Assembly: GCA_051362555.1 (NCBI GenBank)
Contig: CM120640.1
Coordinates: 70,906,788 to 70,970,787, forward strand
Length of the DNA: 64,000 nt
Direction of reading: 5' to 3'
Source: Lingula anatina
Taxonomy: Eukaryota > Animalia > Brachiopoda
Shown here: positions 26,061-44,212 of the stretch, in pieces
How the letters are laid out: every line of letters begins with the position of its first letter
Numbering within the stretch: position 1 is the first letter of the stretch
Made by a program: the position numbers and the translations under genes
Notes under the pieces: generated by a model
What the model was told of the DNA's origin: nothing
The model's input: the letters and a program-made list of their open reading frames with translations, nothing else
Databases searched by the model: none

Positions 26061-28047
26061 AAGAGTGAGGTAATACACGAGTTTCTAGATAGAGTTTGCA
26101 GAGTTGGATTAAATGGTGGGTTGCATATAAACATCATAAAAGTCTTCTCGGACAAAATGAGCGTACCATTAATGTAATAATGTCGCTAATGGACAGTTTC
26201 CAGTCTTTTACCGGCCGGTAAGATTCAGTAAATATTTATATTGGCGACCATTGGTGCCATGGTTGTGGCAATGCAGCACTAGATACGCAGGACTCGTTAG
26301 GTGTCTTCAGACTTTTGATTGAAACTTACCTGGTGGTAGACGCTTATAAGTAAATACGTACTTTCCATTATAGAAAACATTACTCATGAGTTGTTGTTAA
26401 AACTTTTAATTTTAGGGCGCATTCAAATTCAGACACTGTATCAAATGTTCGAACCAAAAGTGCAATCAGTGTAATCAGCTTAATTGTCTGACACGCCTCC
26501 TCGACCAGCCAAGGGGCTGAAATTATGCCTAGCGCACACGAAAGTTAGAGTTGCATTAAAGTTTTATGTTTGATCACCCTAGCTGGTACTAGTCTGTATG
26601 TGAATGCTGTCTTAGACAACACACAGCACTTTGTCATGCTCTAGATCATGCTTATTGTCACTGAAAAAAGATTTCATAGGAAGGAAGGAAGGCAGCTGTT
26701 TGTGAAATTTATTTGGATGAACACAATAAAAATACTTAAACCACAAACATGATTTTCACTAAAAAAAAAAGTCCCATGAGATGCAATTTGAGCAAGGATG
26801 CAGTCAGAATGAAAATTCTTTGTATATTTCTGGATATTGGAGGTGCATTCCAAAATTCTAATTGCATTGCAAATATAAAAACTCATCCTTGTGGTCAACC
26901 CCAATGGTTTGGTCATGCTCAAAAGTTGCCATTTCAAGAGCTGAATTTCTATTGACATTTGAAGAAAATCATAAAATGCACTGCCTGCATTATAAAAATT
27001 CAGCATTTGAATTATTTAGATTGCATTTAAGGGAGAACTGAAGTGCAGAAGAGCATCAATCCTAATTTTTAGCCATCTATTTTCCCTTACAATTAGTACC
27101 AGGTGCAGCTGCAGTAATGGTATGAAGGTTACTGGGGTGTGTAATGTTATGGTTCAGAGCTCTTTTTTCTTTTACTGTGGCTTAGTACTGAAATACTACA
27201 TTTAGTCTACAAAATTAGGTTACATGAATTCTTTATTTCTGCACTGTTGTTGTCTTAGTGTAACTCTCCGGTAATGTAGCAGTAGCAGGTCTTCTTAGTA
27301 ATAAATAGACATGATTTCATTCTCTACCTAATGCCTGCTGCATGTGGGAAAATTACATTTCTGTGCAAATATTCTTGTTAAACTTATGTGCACAGCATTA
27401 GAAGACAACAATACCTTAATACCTTATATATTCCTTTGGTAATTCAGAAATTAAATTGTAATTAAATAATGTAAAAATGGTAGGTGTGGCAGTGTGCATT
27501 GTTTGAGAGGGCATTGTGTATAATTGTGCAAGATACACCGTTCCTGCATCTTTTGTTCTTGACCCACACCACACCTAGAGCCACGCCCACCTGTTGTCTG
27601 TGTTCTATAGCCACACAGTGCAAGCATTCTATCAACATCATGGACATGGTCCCAGTGATTGCTCTGGCACTGGACAATTGTCCAGCCATAAAAATCTAAC
27701 ATTGCATAGCCATTTATGTTTGTGCATGAGTTTAATATGCACCACCACTTGTGGTATATTCTTTCAAAGATAATTGCTATCTGTAGATATTTTGAATACA
27801 TAATACAGTGCTATCAGTGGAGGTTATTTGGGTTAATTGGTAAGAATACATAACAACAAACATACACAATATCCATTAAAATTTGAACTTTAGGGGTCAC
27901 TTGAGGTCCAAACTGAAAAAAAAGAGGGATCATTCATATGTTTCTGTTTTTGAAGTGGGATATTTTTATGGAAAAGCATTACTCAGTCTGTCAAGTTTTT
28001 AGCCATCTATTTCTACTTACAGTTGTTAATCTACTATGTTCACATTA

Positions 28048-29173
28048 GGCCACACTTTTTTATTTTTATGGATGACATCCTCTGGGGACCCCAAAGTCGG
28101 TGCGAGCGGGCGAAAAAAAAAAAAAAACAGTCCAAAAAAAAAAAAAACTGCTTAAGAAAAGTTATGTTTTCAGTACACAGCTGGAAACACTAATTTACCA
28201 CAGAAACACGTATCAAACTAACAACATGTCTTTATCCATGCTCTCAAAATATTAAAGCTTTGTGAATAGGGCCTATTTCGTAGAAAGGTAAAAAGTCATG
28301 AATATATATGCTGCATATTACCAAATCTATTTAAGGTTATTTCATGCATTCTGTTGGTATAGCGTCCAATAAAACAAATATCAAATAAACAGCGTGTCTT
28401 AATTTGTACTCTCAGAAAATTAAAGCATTGTAAACACTTCACAGAATTGTTTAAAAAATGAAGCAAAGATAGGCCTATGCTTCCTACTACTAAGGTAATT
28501 TCAGTCGATGCCATTTTGTCTACTTCGACTCAAACGCTAGCAGCCAACTATCGGGTGGCCTGTCCGACCTTCAGTCCACCAAATACCACGACGCTCTTGT
28601 CGACCCTTTTTTTGCTCCAAAAAGAAACTGGTATGTGCTGCTCTGGACAGAATGTCACTGAAATTTTCCGGGCGATGATCGCTGGCCGCGGCAAGCCTTT
28701 CGTATAATTGTAAAAGGGTGATATCTCCATGTCCAATATCAATGGCAAACCAATCCAAAAAGACGGCCCCCGTTCTCTTTATGATTTTAATTGTCGTGTA
28801 TTTTGAAATTAAAGCAATAATAACTCTTCGTTTCGGCCAAAAAATGAATTTTCCTGGAGTAAACAACAATTTTCCCATACTTACCAATGGTTATGAATCC
28901 GTTTTTACATTCAAAGTTAGTCCCTGTTTTTTTTCTAAAAAGTTTGGTTTTTTGTTAAAATCTCTTAAGAGCTTGCGGAATTAGCCGAGAATTGCCGATT
29001 GCATTTTCCTGCAAATTCAATAACGATGTTTGCGACAACCAACTTCCTCGGGGGGGGGGGGGGGGGGGGGAGCGGTTTGGGGGGGGGGATTTTTTTTTTT
29101 TTTTTTTTTTGGAGAACGGACGAAAATCGGTGCGCGCGCAGGATGTCATCCATAAAATTAAAAAAGTGTGGCC
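28048..29173. mobile_element. Non-autonomous PIF/Harbinger-type element
   Basis: ~34-bp TIR GGCCACACTTTTTTATTTTTATGGATGACATCCT / AGGATGTCATCCATAAAATTAAAAAAGTGTGGCC, with TTA on both sides (3-bp TSD). Confidence 0.8.
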
Positions 29174-30689
29174 TTATGTTATTAAGGTGATATTATGAAG
29201 TCTTCCCAGGATGCATAATGTTATGTTGCATGTAGTCTTTTCAAATTTGACTTAGGCATACTGCTTATATGATGCAGGGCCTAGTTAACAGTAATACAAC
29301 TCTTTATAATATTTATATATTATTTATAAGACGGCACACCTGCTGGTTAATATGTACAAAGTTGCAGCATCTGTATTGTGGTAAAATCTTGTTATAAATC
29401 TGACTTTCTAATCACTGAGTGGCTGGTCTATGGTGCAGTTTATATTATGTGAATTCATGCAAGTATTTTAGTATTACTCTCAAAGTAACTTTCTGCACAT
29501 AATGTTAATATTTCATCAGAGTAAATGTTAATTACGCCTGGAGACCATTGCTTGGTGCGTGTACATATCTTCCTAAATGTTACATATATATCTAAGTGGG
29601 TCCTGAGACATTAACTGTAAACTTCTACAGAGCTCTGTATGCTGGCATCCAGTTGCTGCAAGGATTAAATATTCATACCAGGCTGTCACAATGCAGGAGG
29701 CTTCAAAGTAGAAGGAATTGCCGATTATTTCAAAGGGGTGATTTCATTGTCATAGTTGAATGTATTTTAATTTTCATATTTCCAAACAAGTCCGAGAATT
29801 TTGTGTGCAAGTATTTCATGTTAAGCTCAATATCCATAACACAGTGCTAATACGCTGTCTACAGCTTAGCTTAGTCTGTACTGCGCATTCACATATAATA
29901 ACACAGATAAATTCAAAAACCCTCAATTTGTGATTCAAACTTGCCTTCCCTTTGTTTCCTGTAGCTGATAGAGACTGCCACGTTATAGCTGGTATTTCTT
30001 GCTGTCTCTTGGTCTTCTATTAGTGGCCACGGAAGCTCCATTGTCTCAGCTCTGTATCATAGCTTGGTAAGTTGTACCTGGGAGTGTAGCTGGTGGACAG
30101 GTAGAGTAGATGTCAGCTGGACAACTGATCCTCTCCAGCTTCTAGTGTAAAACATATGACAGGATATCTGATAACATGATATCTGAGGACATTTTAGACA
30201 AGTTAGAAATTTATATCCTGCCTTAGGGCTAAAACCCTGGGTAGGTGACAGAGATAAATGTTATATTATTTCAGTTAAGTTCAATTTATTCAAGTACAAG
30301 TACATGCATTTGCTTGAGCATGTAAATATTGAATGTCAAATTACCTGTAAACATGGAATTTACACATACATATATGCATGCTTAGTTTTAAATCTAAGTA
30401 AAATAAATTAATAGCTAATAAAAGAAGGAAAATCTAAGAGCCACTAAGTGTTACTTTTTCTGCTACTAAGCTGGAAACAAATATTGAAAATTACTATTAA
30501 AAGTGTTGGAACTAAATATTTTCAGAAAATGATTGTTGGTCTTATGTTAATGAGAGGGCCTGTTTTACAATAACATTCCGTGTGATAACATTAAGAGAAT
30601 TAAGACTGGCACATTTAACACAATCTCTTGCATGAAAGAAGAACCACATATTAGTTTTCTTACATTGCACACATTGGCAACATCCACAG

Positions 30690-30846
30690 CAGCAGACTAA
30701 CTAATACGCAGATCAAATGTGGCTGACCCAATTGAATGCTTGTTGCGTAATCCCCGCGGATAATGTATTCATTGTCTGTTAGGGGATAAAACAACAAGCT
30801 TTTTACTGTGTCGCCATATTTGATCCCGGGACAAGTTAGTCTGCTG
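30690..30846. mobile_element. Small MITE-like element upstream of the first GFUS coding exon
   Basis: 13-bp TIR CAGCAGACTAACT / AGTTAGTCTGCTG; no clear TSD. Confidence 0.45.
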
Positions 30847-30906
30847 TCCTGAATGTGCCAATAGTTGGTAACATAGCAGGTGCTCTACTTCCAGGATCTG
30901 CTGTAA

Positions 30907-35496
<4,590 letters not shown>

Positions 35497-37096
35497 AAAA
35501 CAGCTGGGGAAGTAGGGGAACTGCGACCATTGAATCTCTTATCAGGGTTGTCTCACTTTGACTGTGGTATATAGTAGACTGAGAACTATTCTTATATTCA
35601 TTATCTGTAGGATCCTTATGCTAATCTGTTTTTGGAGGTAGTTTAGAGGGTTAATTATGTAACAAAACTGTTGGACTAGTGAAGATGTGTGATGGATGTT
35701 TTATTGATCATGTGATTTTATTCTCTGAAATAATGTGACTGAAATAAGTGAAACAAGTTTTCTTTATACTGAAATCCACTCTACATCAGGCACATCATCC
35801 CTGGATATTTATGGAATTTCTAATGTTTTAGCAGCAGTAATAGTTTTCTTTTGAAATATGCACTGGATCGGTTCACGTCTCCAAAGACTTAAACTGGCAA
35901 TGAAGCCTTGAAGATCATTGTTCCAACTGTCCAGGTTGCTATGCTTAGTACCAGTTTCTTATTTCTGGTCTCTCTCTGCTTGTGATGGCTTTTATCCATT
36001 TTTTTTTATTTTCCAAGACCTTATGGTACAGCTTTATTATTATTATTTTTTTTTAATTTACATTGTGACAATATATGTTAAATTTTATTTGTTAAGTTTG
36101 TTCTATCTCAGTATTCTGATAGCCTTTCTGCAAGATAACTTTCAAGTACTTTGTAGTTTGTTTCTTTAACTGCTTGTTAACTATATGTACATGTTTACTA
36201 AATGCAGAGGAAAGGGATATTTTGCATTATGTTACGATTAAAACATTTTGTTTAACACAATTTGATGAAGAATGATTCTTTTAAGTAAATTCAATAAAAG
36301 AGGAAATGTTATCAAAACGAAGAGCAATTTAAGCAACTTGTATAGCAAATACAACAAAACTTATTCAAGAGGCAAAAGAGCTCTCGTCCCAATATTACTT
36401 GGGAAGACATTAATTTCAGATCAATGGACAGTATTTGTGAGGTTTTTCATATACATGGTTGTTATTTTTGGAATAGATGAAATAAAGTTATATTTGGGTA
36501 ATAATTGTATTTGTGTTTTATTATATGCAATAAGAAAGTATAAAAACAACCAAATAAAAAATGTTTTTCTTCCTGTGCCCTAGTGCTTGTCAAAACTGGT
36601 CATTAAAACAAATGGTGAAATAAGTAGTGTGCACATATTACAATTATCTTTGTGGCAATCAATCCTTTACATTTTCTATGTACCAAATGTTTAACAGGCA
36701 AAAATGTTATAAGGTCTGTATATAAAAATTAGAAACATGTACTGCCATTTGTCCATATTATTCAACATCCAAGAAGCCCTCTTCCTGGTCTGGTCACTTC
36801 CTGGTTTGGTCCTTTATGATCACATTAAGTCACCATTTTAGAGACTTAAGGAATATTCAGTGATCTATACAAGGGATGCAAAAACTTCAGTCAGTTTCAG
36901 TTTTATATCTCTGGCAATCTCCAAACTATGCATTTTTCTGGACAATGTATTATAAACCAGACATGAGCCTAAGTTTAAAAAAAAACTGAATATTTATCAT
37001 GGGACCTAACCAGCTGGGGGTCTTGGGGCCGCCTTAGAATTGAATTAAAAATATGCGGAATTTCACATTTCAGTGAAAAAAGCTCATGTCTGATAA

Positions 37097-37774
37097 TCAC
37101 GGAGTTTGTTGTTTTAAAGCGTTGTCATACATAGCAGCACCATACTTAGTCTCAAAGCTTTGGTTTGCCCGGATCCTTGTACTTTCAGAGGCCAGGGAGG
37201 TTTCTTCCCATGAACCACTGGTCATCTGTTCCCAGTCCACCTTGCTGGAGTAGCAGTCCTCTGGATGAGTGGCTTGATTAAGATAAGCACGTCCAATATA
37301 GGGGCAAGGGTACGTGTAGAACAGATAGCAAATCAATACTATGACCAGATATACTAATGTGGTCAGACCTCCTATAATACCACGAAGTACAAAATTCTCC
37401 TGTGGAATGTCATGTACTGTCAGTGACAGTGTCACATTGACACTGGATGTCATATCTGAAAGAAGACACAACCACTGCCCTGCGTCATTTAATTGGAGTT
37501 CCTTAAAGTACAGGCTGTTATTGGCGTCCGTGTAGACCCTCCCTCCATCAAGACGTGAACTGACGTTAAGGAAGGTCCCATTGTTAGTCCACCACCTCAC
37601 ACAGCTAGTGTAGCCCCAGTGTACAGCATTAAATCCTACTGCCAGACATTCTCTTACAAAGCCTTGGCTATAGTACTGAGTGGAAGTTCCATTTACGTAA
37701 TAAATATATGCCTCTCCAGCCACGCTGACCGACTGCCAAGTGACCAACTGGACAAGAAAGAACTGGACCTTCAT
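37097..37774 (-). CDS. Single-Ig-domain type I membrane protein (single coding exon, ~225 aa)
   Basis: Signal-like N-terminus MKVQFFLVQLVTWQSVSVAG; Ig-like pattern C...W...LYFKELQLNDAGQWLC; several N-x-S/T sites; hydrophobic TM GIIGGLTTLVYLVIVLICYLF; Tyr-containing tail. A splice acceptor at ~37800 suggests an upstream 5' UTR exon. Confidence 0.7.
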   Translation of the reverse strand: MKVQFFLVQLVTWQSVSVAGEAYIYYVNGTSTQYYSQGFVRECLAVGFNAVHWGYTSCVRWWTNNGTFLNVSSRLDGGRVYTDANNSLYFKELQLNDAGQWLCLLSDMTSSVNVTLSLTVHDIPQENFVLRGIIGGLTTLVYLVIVLICYLFYTYPCPYIGRAYLNQATHPEDCYSSKVDWEQMTSGSWEETSLASESTRIRANQSFETKYGAAMYDNALKQQTP

Positions 37775-38629
37775 GACTAATGAAAGCACTATGCATGTCT
37801 GAAAACGTTAATATTATGAGACTCTTACAAATCAAACTTGACAGTGTAGATCTCTAGGACCTTTAGTGAACATGATATCGGTAAGATGTCCTCATCTTGT
37901 TATCTTTATAAGGGAAGGTCAAGATACAAGGTTCAGTATATGGTTGATGCCTTAGTAAAATGTTCTGCTTTTATACATAGCTTTATAAGCACCAAGAAAG
38001 TTGAACAAAAAATGTATGTGTGTGTGTATGGGGGGGGAGGATAAGCAATGTATGGAAATTGTAATTCAACATTTTTTATTGACAAAAAATATTTTTATAA
38101 GTTCATATGTGCCAACATAATAATAAATAAACTAAGTCTTCAATATAAAATCTTTTATGAACTCACTAAGAATTGTACATCAGAAGTATAAATCACCACT
38201 CCAGGTCAGTAATGACTTGTCTTAAAATATTGAAAATATCAACAATTGTTCATATCAGTTAAGATAACATAAGCCTCATGACAAAGCACTGATTAAGTTA
38301 AGTACCTCTTTGCTATGCATCTCTACTGGTTCAGATCTGTATTAATGTAAACCCAAGTACTGTATATGCTAACTTGCACATGGATCTGTGTTGTGGATAC
38401 TGTAGAATTGAATTCAAACATTAGAAAATTAAACTTACTTTCTACTTCAATGTGCTGTGTTTGACATGGAACAACCCCTTGACACCAAACATGAGAAAAA
38501 AGGTTACAAAAAAAAAATTCTGATATTCAAATAATACGCATACAAAAAAGGAGACCTAAAAAAAGGGCAAAATACATCACAAAATACAGCAAACATACAC
38601 ATACATTTACATACATACAATTCAATTTC

Positions 38630-39232
38630 AAAAACAAAGTTAACTATATTCTTCCTTACATAGAAATACCATTAGAAATTTAGCTAGATTCAGATGTTCA
38701 AACCACAAACTACCAACAGAAGTAGGCAGGCAGCACAATGTAGAAAGATCAAAAAGAAAATGTAGCCTTTGTAATAACCAGGTGGAAGATGAGTTTCAAT
38801 ATATAATGGAATGTAGTTACTTAAAAAGCAGATCTATTTACTTACATGAATGTTTCACTGACAGACCAAATACCTTAAAATTCCATTCTCTCTTTTCTTC
38901 AGAAAATATAATTACACTCTCCAAATTATCAAAGTACATTTCATTTATCAATAAGAGATTCTCTGGAAGGTAAAGCATTATACTCTTGTAGAATGTTGTA
39001 TTAGTATCCCTATGTTGAATATTGTATTAGAACATGTACCTCCATGTCAAATGTTACACTATAATATTGAATGTTGTACACACATCTTCATATCAAATGT
39101 TGTACTATTATATCTATGCCGAGTTAAATTAGTAATTCTGTGTAGTAGCTCTGTGTTGAAAATTCTATTTGTATCTCTATGTTGAAAATATTCAACTCGT
39201 GAGACTGAATAAACTTGAAACTTTAACTTGAA
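38630..39232 (+). mobile_element. 5'-truncated LINE 3' end (post-RT Cys/His region plus 3' UTR)
   Basis: ARFRCSNHKLPTEVGR...RKCSLCNNQVEDEFQYIMEC, typical of the C-terminus of invertebrate non-LTR ORF2; ends AATAAACTTGAAACTTTAACTTGAA (simple-repeat tail). Confidence 0.7.
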
Positions 39233-39687
39233 CATTATTGTATGTTAGGTCATAGCCTTTGTAATAATTGTGCTTGTACTAATAAACACTTCTCAATCTT
39301 TAATGCCTAATAAATTCAAACATGATATTCAAGATGCACTAATGGCATTATCAGGAAATATGCAAGTATTAAATGTCTTCCACTGTAATATAATGCTGCT
39401 GTTCAGAATAATTTAAGGTCTACAGAAGCTTTGATTGTTACACACAAGACTGCAAAAAAAGTTGATCTTTGCTGTCAATGAATTGAAATTCAAAAAAATA
39501 ATTTTTGATAAAGTGGTTAAAACTCACACTGAAAATTGTCAGAAAAAGTGTTATGGAAGTTGTCTGGAAATGCCTCTATCTGAGGAGATACTTCACCTAC
39601 AGTGGCTCCCTCTACAGAAACAAACCAAAACGTATAAAAAATTCTTCCTAAAGAACCTGAATAAATAAAAGGTCCAGGTGAAATCCA

Positions 39688-41010
39688 GGGCCTGGTTTCA
39701 TCAAGGCTGGATAGCACTATCCTACGGATAAAAATGGCCACTATCCTCTCGATAGAGCTATCCAGAGGATAGTGCATTTCATCAACAGTGGATAGCGTTA
39801 CCCAGGGGATAAATCAGCTTATCCAGAGGATATAAAGTTGTCCACTCAAAATAGGTGGGATAAATCTGCTATCATGCTGTTAAATCAAGCAAGATGGCGG
39901 ATCTGCTTGGTTTAGCTGTAAATCCTATGAGATTTCACAGACGTAGAATGATAAGAGAGAGAACTTTCAGAAGAGGTGTTTTTGTTTTTGACGCTATGAC
40001 TGATATGGAGAGGATGTGCTTCAGCAAGGCCTCTATTGATTATATAACAGATTTGATAAAAGATGACATCGCACCTGCTACCAACAGAAACCATGCAATC
40101 TCTGCGAGAGACCAAGTAATGATTGCTCTGCGATTTTACGCAACAGGATCAATGCTGCTCGTTACTGGCCACACTCACAGCGTGAGCAAAGCTTCAGTAA
40201 GTCGCATAGTGGCTCGTGTTTTGGAGGCACTGTGCAGAAGAAAGGATGATTTCATAAAATTCCCAACTATACCTAATGCCAAAGGAGAAGTGAGAAGAGG
40301 TTTTTACGAGATTGGAAGAATGCCTGGTGTAATCAGATGCATCAACAGCACACAGTTAAAAATCCAGGCTCCATCTGAAAATGAAGCTAACTTTGTCAAC
40401 AGGAAAGGCTTCCACAGCTTTAACATTCAAGCTGTGTGTGATCACAAAGGTAATTCACTTTTATTTTACTAAAAACATACTTTTTAAATTGACAAAAAAA
40501 TCTACATTTCTATGGACAGGATCTGCCAAATGAGCCCAGTCAGCCATTTTGTTAGAAAGCATGTCACGACCTTGAATTTGGTAGACTTGTCAGCCACTGA
40601 GGTCACAGATGGCGAGGAAACATTCTTTCCTTAATGGATATTTTCAGTAAGTACATTTGGCTTCGTTCTTTAAAGTCCAAATCATCTGAAGAAATATCTA
40701 TAATATATTTGGCCCTCCAAAAATTTTACACTATGACCAAGTGATGATTGCTCTGCAATTTTATACTACTGGATCAATCGTCAACGGCGGCACCCACGGC
40801 GTAAGCAAGTCCTCAGTGAGTTGGATAGTGGCTCGTGTGTCACAAGCATTATGCAGAAGGACTATTTTATCAAATTTCATACTATACCTAATGCCAAAGG
40901 AGAAGTAAGAAGAGGTTTTTACGAGATGGGAAGAATGCCCGGTGTGATTGGCTGTATCGACAGAACACACGTCAAAATCCAGGCCCCATCGGAAAATGAA
41001 CCAGACTTTG
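39688..41010 (+). pseudogene. Harbinger/PIF (HARBI1-like) transposase remnant with partial duplicate
   Basis: TIR-like GGGCCTGGTTTCATCAA plus GGATAG subterminal repeats; ORF with IALRFYATGS, PGVIRCINSTQ (degenerate IDGTH), NRKGFHSFNIQAVCD; second partial copy at 40740-41010 with PGVIGCIDRTH. Confidence 0.85.
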
Positions 41011-41850
41011 CCAACAAGGATTTGGATTTGGTAGACCTGTTAGCCATTGAGGTCACAGATGGCGAGGAAACATTCTTTCCCTAATGGACACTTTAAGTAG
41101 GTATATTTGATTTCATCCTTTACAGTCCAAATTATCTGAAGAAATATCTATAATATATTTGGCCCTCCAAGAATTTTACATTATGACCAAGGTGGCTAGT
41201 TCAACAGAGTTATGACAAAACTGTGCAAGTCATTAGATGTTAAAATAATTCACTCTTCAGCTTATTATCCCCAGTCTCAAGGGCAGATCGCAAGATCACT
41301 GGCACATGAAAAGAAAAACTTCGTTATGATCTTTTATATTATGAGACCAGTGTAAACTGGGTTAAAGAATACCAAGATTACAAATGACTTTACAATGAAG
41401 GTCCCCATGAGGCTCTTGGTGGTAGATCCCTATTTCATTTTTTTACAGTAGAGCTAGTAATGGGGTTTCCACATACAAGGCTGAAGAATACTGTGAATGC
41501 GAGGGAGATTTCTGATAACTTATGAGAATTCTGTACATTAAATAAGAAACCAAGCAGAAAATAGTAGTGAAAAAGCTGCAGCACAGTTGATCAAACGAAA
41601 CTTAATAAAAAACCCACCTTCAAAATATCACGTTGGGGATTCTGTACTTGTTGCTGTAGATCGAAAAGACAAAAGAGTGCAAAGAGGAGGACATCAGGGT
41701 GGCACAAGGTACTGTTGTTTAGGCCGATTATGAAACCCACCATTACAAAATAAAGGTAGAAAACGAGAAGCCAATTTAGTACCCAGTGGACTGCATAAAA
41801 TCATTAAGTAGGGATATCAAACAAGGGATATCAAACAACAGCATCAGAAA
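40560..41850 (+). pseudogene. Ginger/KRBA2-SCAND3-type integrase core remnant (partly duplicated)
   Basis: Frameshifted motifs LVDL, MDIFSKYIWLRSLKSKSSEEI, IFGPPKILHYDQGG, SAYYPQSQGQI, NWVK, VGDSVLV; rve-type integrase pattern. Confidence 0.7.
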
Positions 41851-42169
41851 AATGCCAAACTAGGATCTGTCATGTCTTTACAGAGGCTGCTGTTCTAGTT
41901 CTAGGAAGATGCATCTCCATTCACCTTAGGAGTTAAAGTAGGAGTTTTATCTTGTTGACAAGTTAAAATGAATTTTTGGTGTTGATTAAGGTTGTGTTAA
42001 CATTTAGTGAATAAGATTTAGTTTGCAAACATAGCTTAAACTGCTCCCATGGCGATCTTTGTTAGTGTTCAGTATCCAGTATCAATGACACAAAGATTTT
42101 ACTCAGTCGACGAAGACGTTGCTTATATGTGAGAAACATTATGAGGCTTCGTGTTATCCGCAATAGTAC

Positions 42170-42350
42170 CAACTATTGAAAAATATGGGAAAAGAAGACC
42201 CAATAAAATGCAAAACTTTGTTACCAGACGCAGTTCCAACCATCCACCTACATAAGTCAGTTGAATTAACAATGGAATCAAGTGAAGCTGGAAAGAAAAT
42301 CACCAGTAGTACTAGATCTGCTTTTAGGAAGAGAGCTGTGTCTGGGGTAA
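42170..42350 (+). pseudogene. THAP-domain C-terminal fragment of a DNA transposon gene
   Basis: KTLLPDAVPTI (THAP AVPT box) followed by RSAFRKR and a splice donor. Confidence 0.55.
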
Positions 42351-42544
42351 GTGACACTTGGGTGCAGAATATGAAGTAGTTTACAAACGTACATATGTAT
42401 TTTTTCATAATAGTACTAGTAGTCCTACCTTCTGAGCTATGAAGAAAAAGTAGATTTTCTTTGTGTGTGTTTAACCCTGCAGTAAGTCATTATTATCACT
42501 GGTAAGACATGGGCATGTCCACATACCATTCTTGTCATACTCTT

Positions 42545-42705
42545 CAGAGGAAAAGGACGCGGAGTGAGCCACAGGGAAAACCGGAATCCGCACTATAAGG
42601 AGCAGAGGTAAAAACTAAATTGCCTCCAACTGTAAATAACCAAAAATATAGAGCAGGGAATTTAAAACACTGCTACCTGGAATGGGCCAAAATCACATCT
42701 ATCCC
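42545..42705 (+). pseudogene. DIRS-like retroelement fragment (start of the RT ORF)
   Basis: RAGNLKHCYLEWAKITS resembles the AGxLxxFxxxWxxIT motif that precedes DIRS1 RT. Confidence 0.45.
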
Positions 42706-42774
42706 AATTGCAATGAATAGATTAGTTAAATTCCACTTGCTTCTATTTTAATTAATCTTTGTTTTTTATATAGA

Positions 42775-43323
42775 AAGACCGAGAATAAGACATCATAGTG
42801 GGAGTTTGCATTAGACGATGACACTACTAAAAATTGCTTCATTTATTTGTGTATTAAAATAATTTATAAGACATAATTTGGAGAACTTACATACTTAAGT
42901 TCTGATATTTGACTAATTCTCCATACCAACACCAACATTGTTGTACTTTGAAGACATGTTAAATGACTGGAGCTTATTTTTTCGCTTGTGTATATATAGT
43001 ATTGTGGAAGAAAGGAGGGGAAATGCACCTTTGTCAATTCTCTTGGAGAGACTGACCAAGAAAAAGACATTATCACAAGAAACTGGAGGTAGTTGAATAT
43101 TAAAACATATTGTATTGCATTAATAATACATTTATATTAATTATGTTAATTAAGTGTGCAAAGTGCAGACAATTTAATATTACGATCAGGTTGAGAGAGA
43201 GACTTTTTCTTGTGATGTATTTTCAGCAACTTCTCAAAAAGAAAAGAAATGGAAAGTCAGTTTGTCATCATTGACCATGATAAACAACAGGATGGCTACA
43301 CTTGTGGCCTATGGTGTATACAT
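42775..43323 (+). pseudogene. Ulp1/C48-like cysteine protease exons (transposon-borne, degenerate)
   Basis: Exon-like pieces CTFVNSLGETDQEKDIITRNW|gt and HDKQQDGYTCGLWCIH|gtgag (Ulp1 QxDGxxCG motif). Confidence 0.55.
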
Positions 43324-44212
43324 GTGAGTTATGTTACCTAGGAAACACACATTGTAATATAAGTTCTAAACTTGTACACCTCTGAAGAGTACCCTAGCGA
43401 AATACACATGACGTTGCGCACACGGTGATGCACTTTAGTATAGCCAGAAAAGGGTAAGGTTAATATTGTGTAAATATTGATATTTTTCATAATAACTTCA
43501 ATATATACAACTCTGATTAATATAATTACTTTAAGTTATCATTTTTTATGCGTGTAATTGTAAGTGTATTAATTCATCACACTTTTACCACTAGTTATTA
43601 CAAGTTACACTAAATTCCACCAGGACACACTGCGTTTCATACGTTCACTATGCGATAAACCAATAAACCATTTTCAACCCCAGCCACTATGTGTTACAGT
43701 GGCACAATAACCTGTGCATGTCAGCAACAGCAGCACGATTGGTACGGGGTCAGTGCCAGTGTACGTCGTATGTTCGTTTGATTAAGCAGTGCGTCCTCAA
43801 CAACAGAATGATTAGACAGGGTCAGCGCCAGCGTACGTCATCTGTTTGTTTGTTAGAATAATGGATTGGACAAAACCCCAAAGTTCTGCCAGCCAGACTT
43901 TTTAAGGCTTAGGCTCAATATAACCACTCTGATTTTAAGAAATAATGGTATGAATATGGAACTTAATTTTGTTAAAACAAAAATAATGAGAATTATAATT
44001 TTTTTCACAATTAAGACTTATGGATTTAGTAGGCAAGTTCACTGAATTGCTTAAAAGTTGATTATGCCCAGGGAAAGCCTCACGTTTTTTGACATGAGGT
44101 CATGTCTGTCTAGAAATGTCACTGGGTTATCCCTTTGGTTTGATGATTAATACTAATAACAATTTATCTTTTTCTTAATTTTCAGTTGTTGCAGACAAAA
44201 GGCACCTCAAAA

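Noticed and set aside
28296-29198. Cluster of short ORFs in the presumed GFUS first intron
   Set aside because: They lie within a non-autonomous TE with homopolymer runs and show no protein-like motifs.
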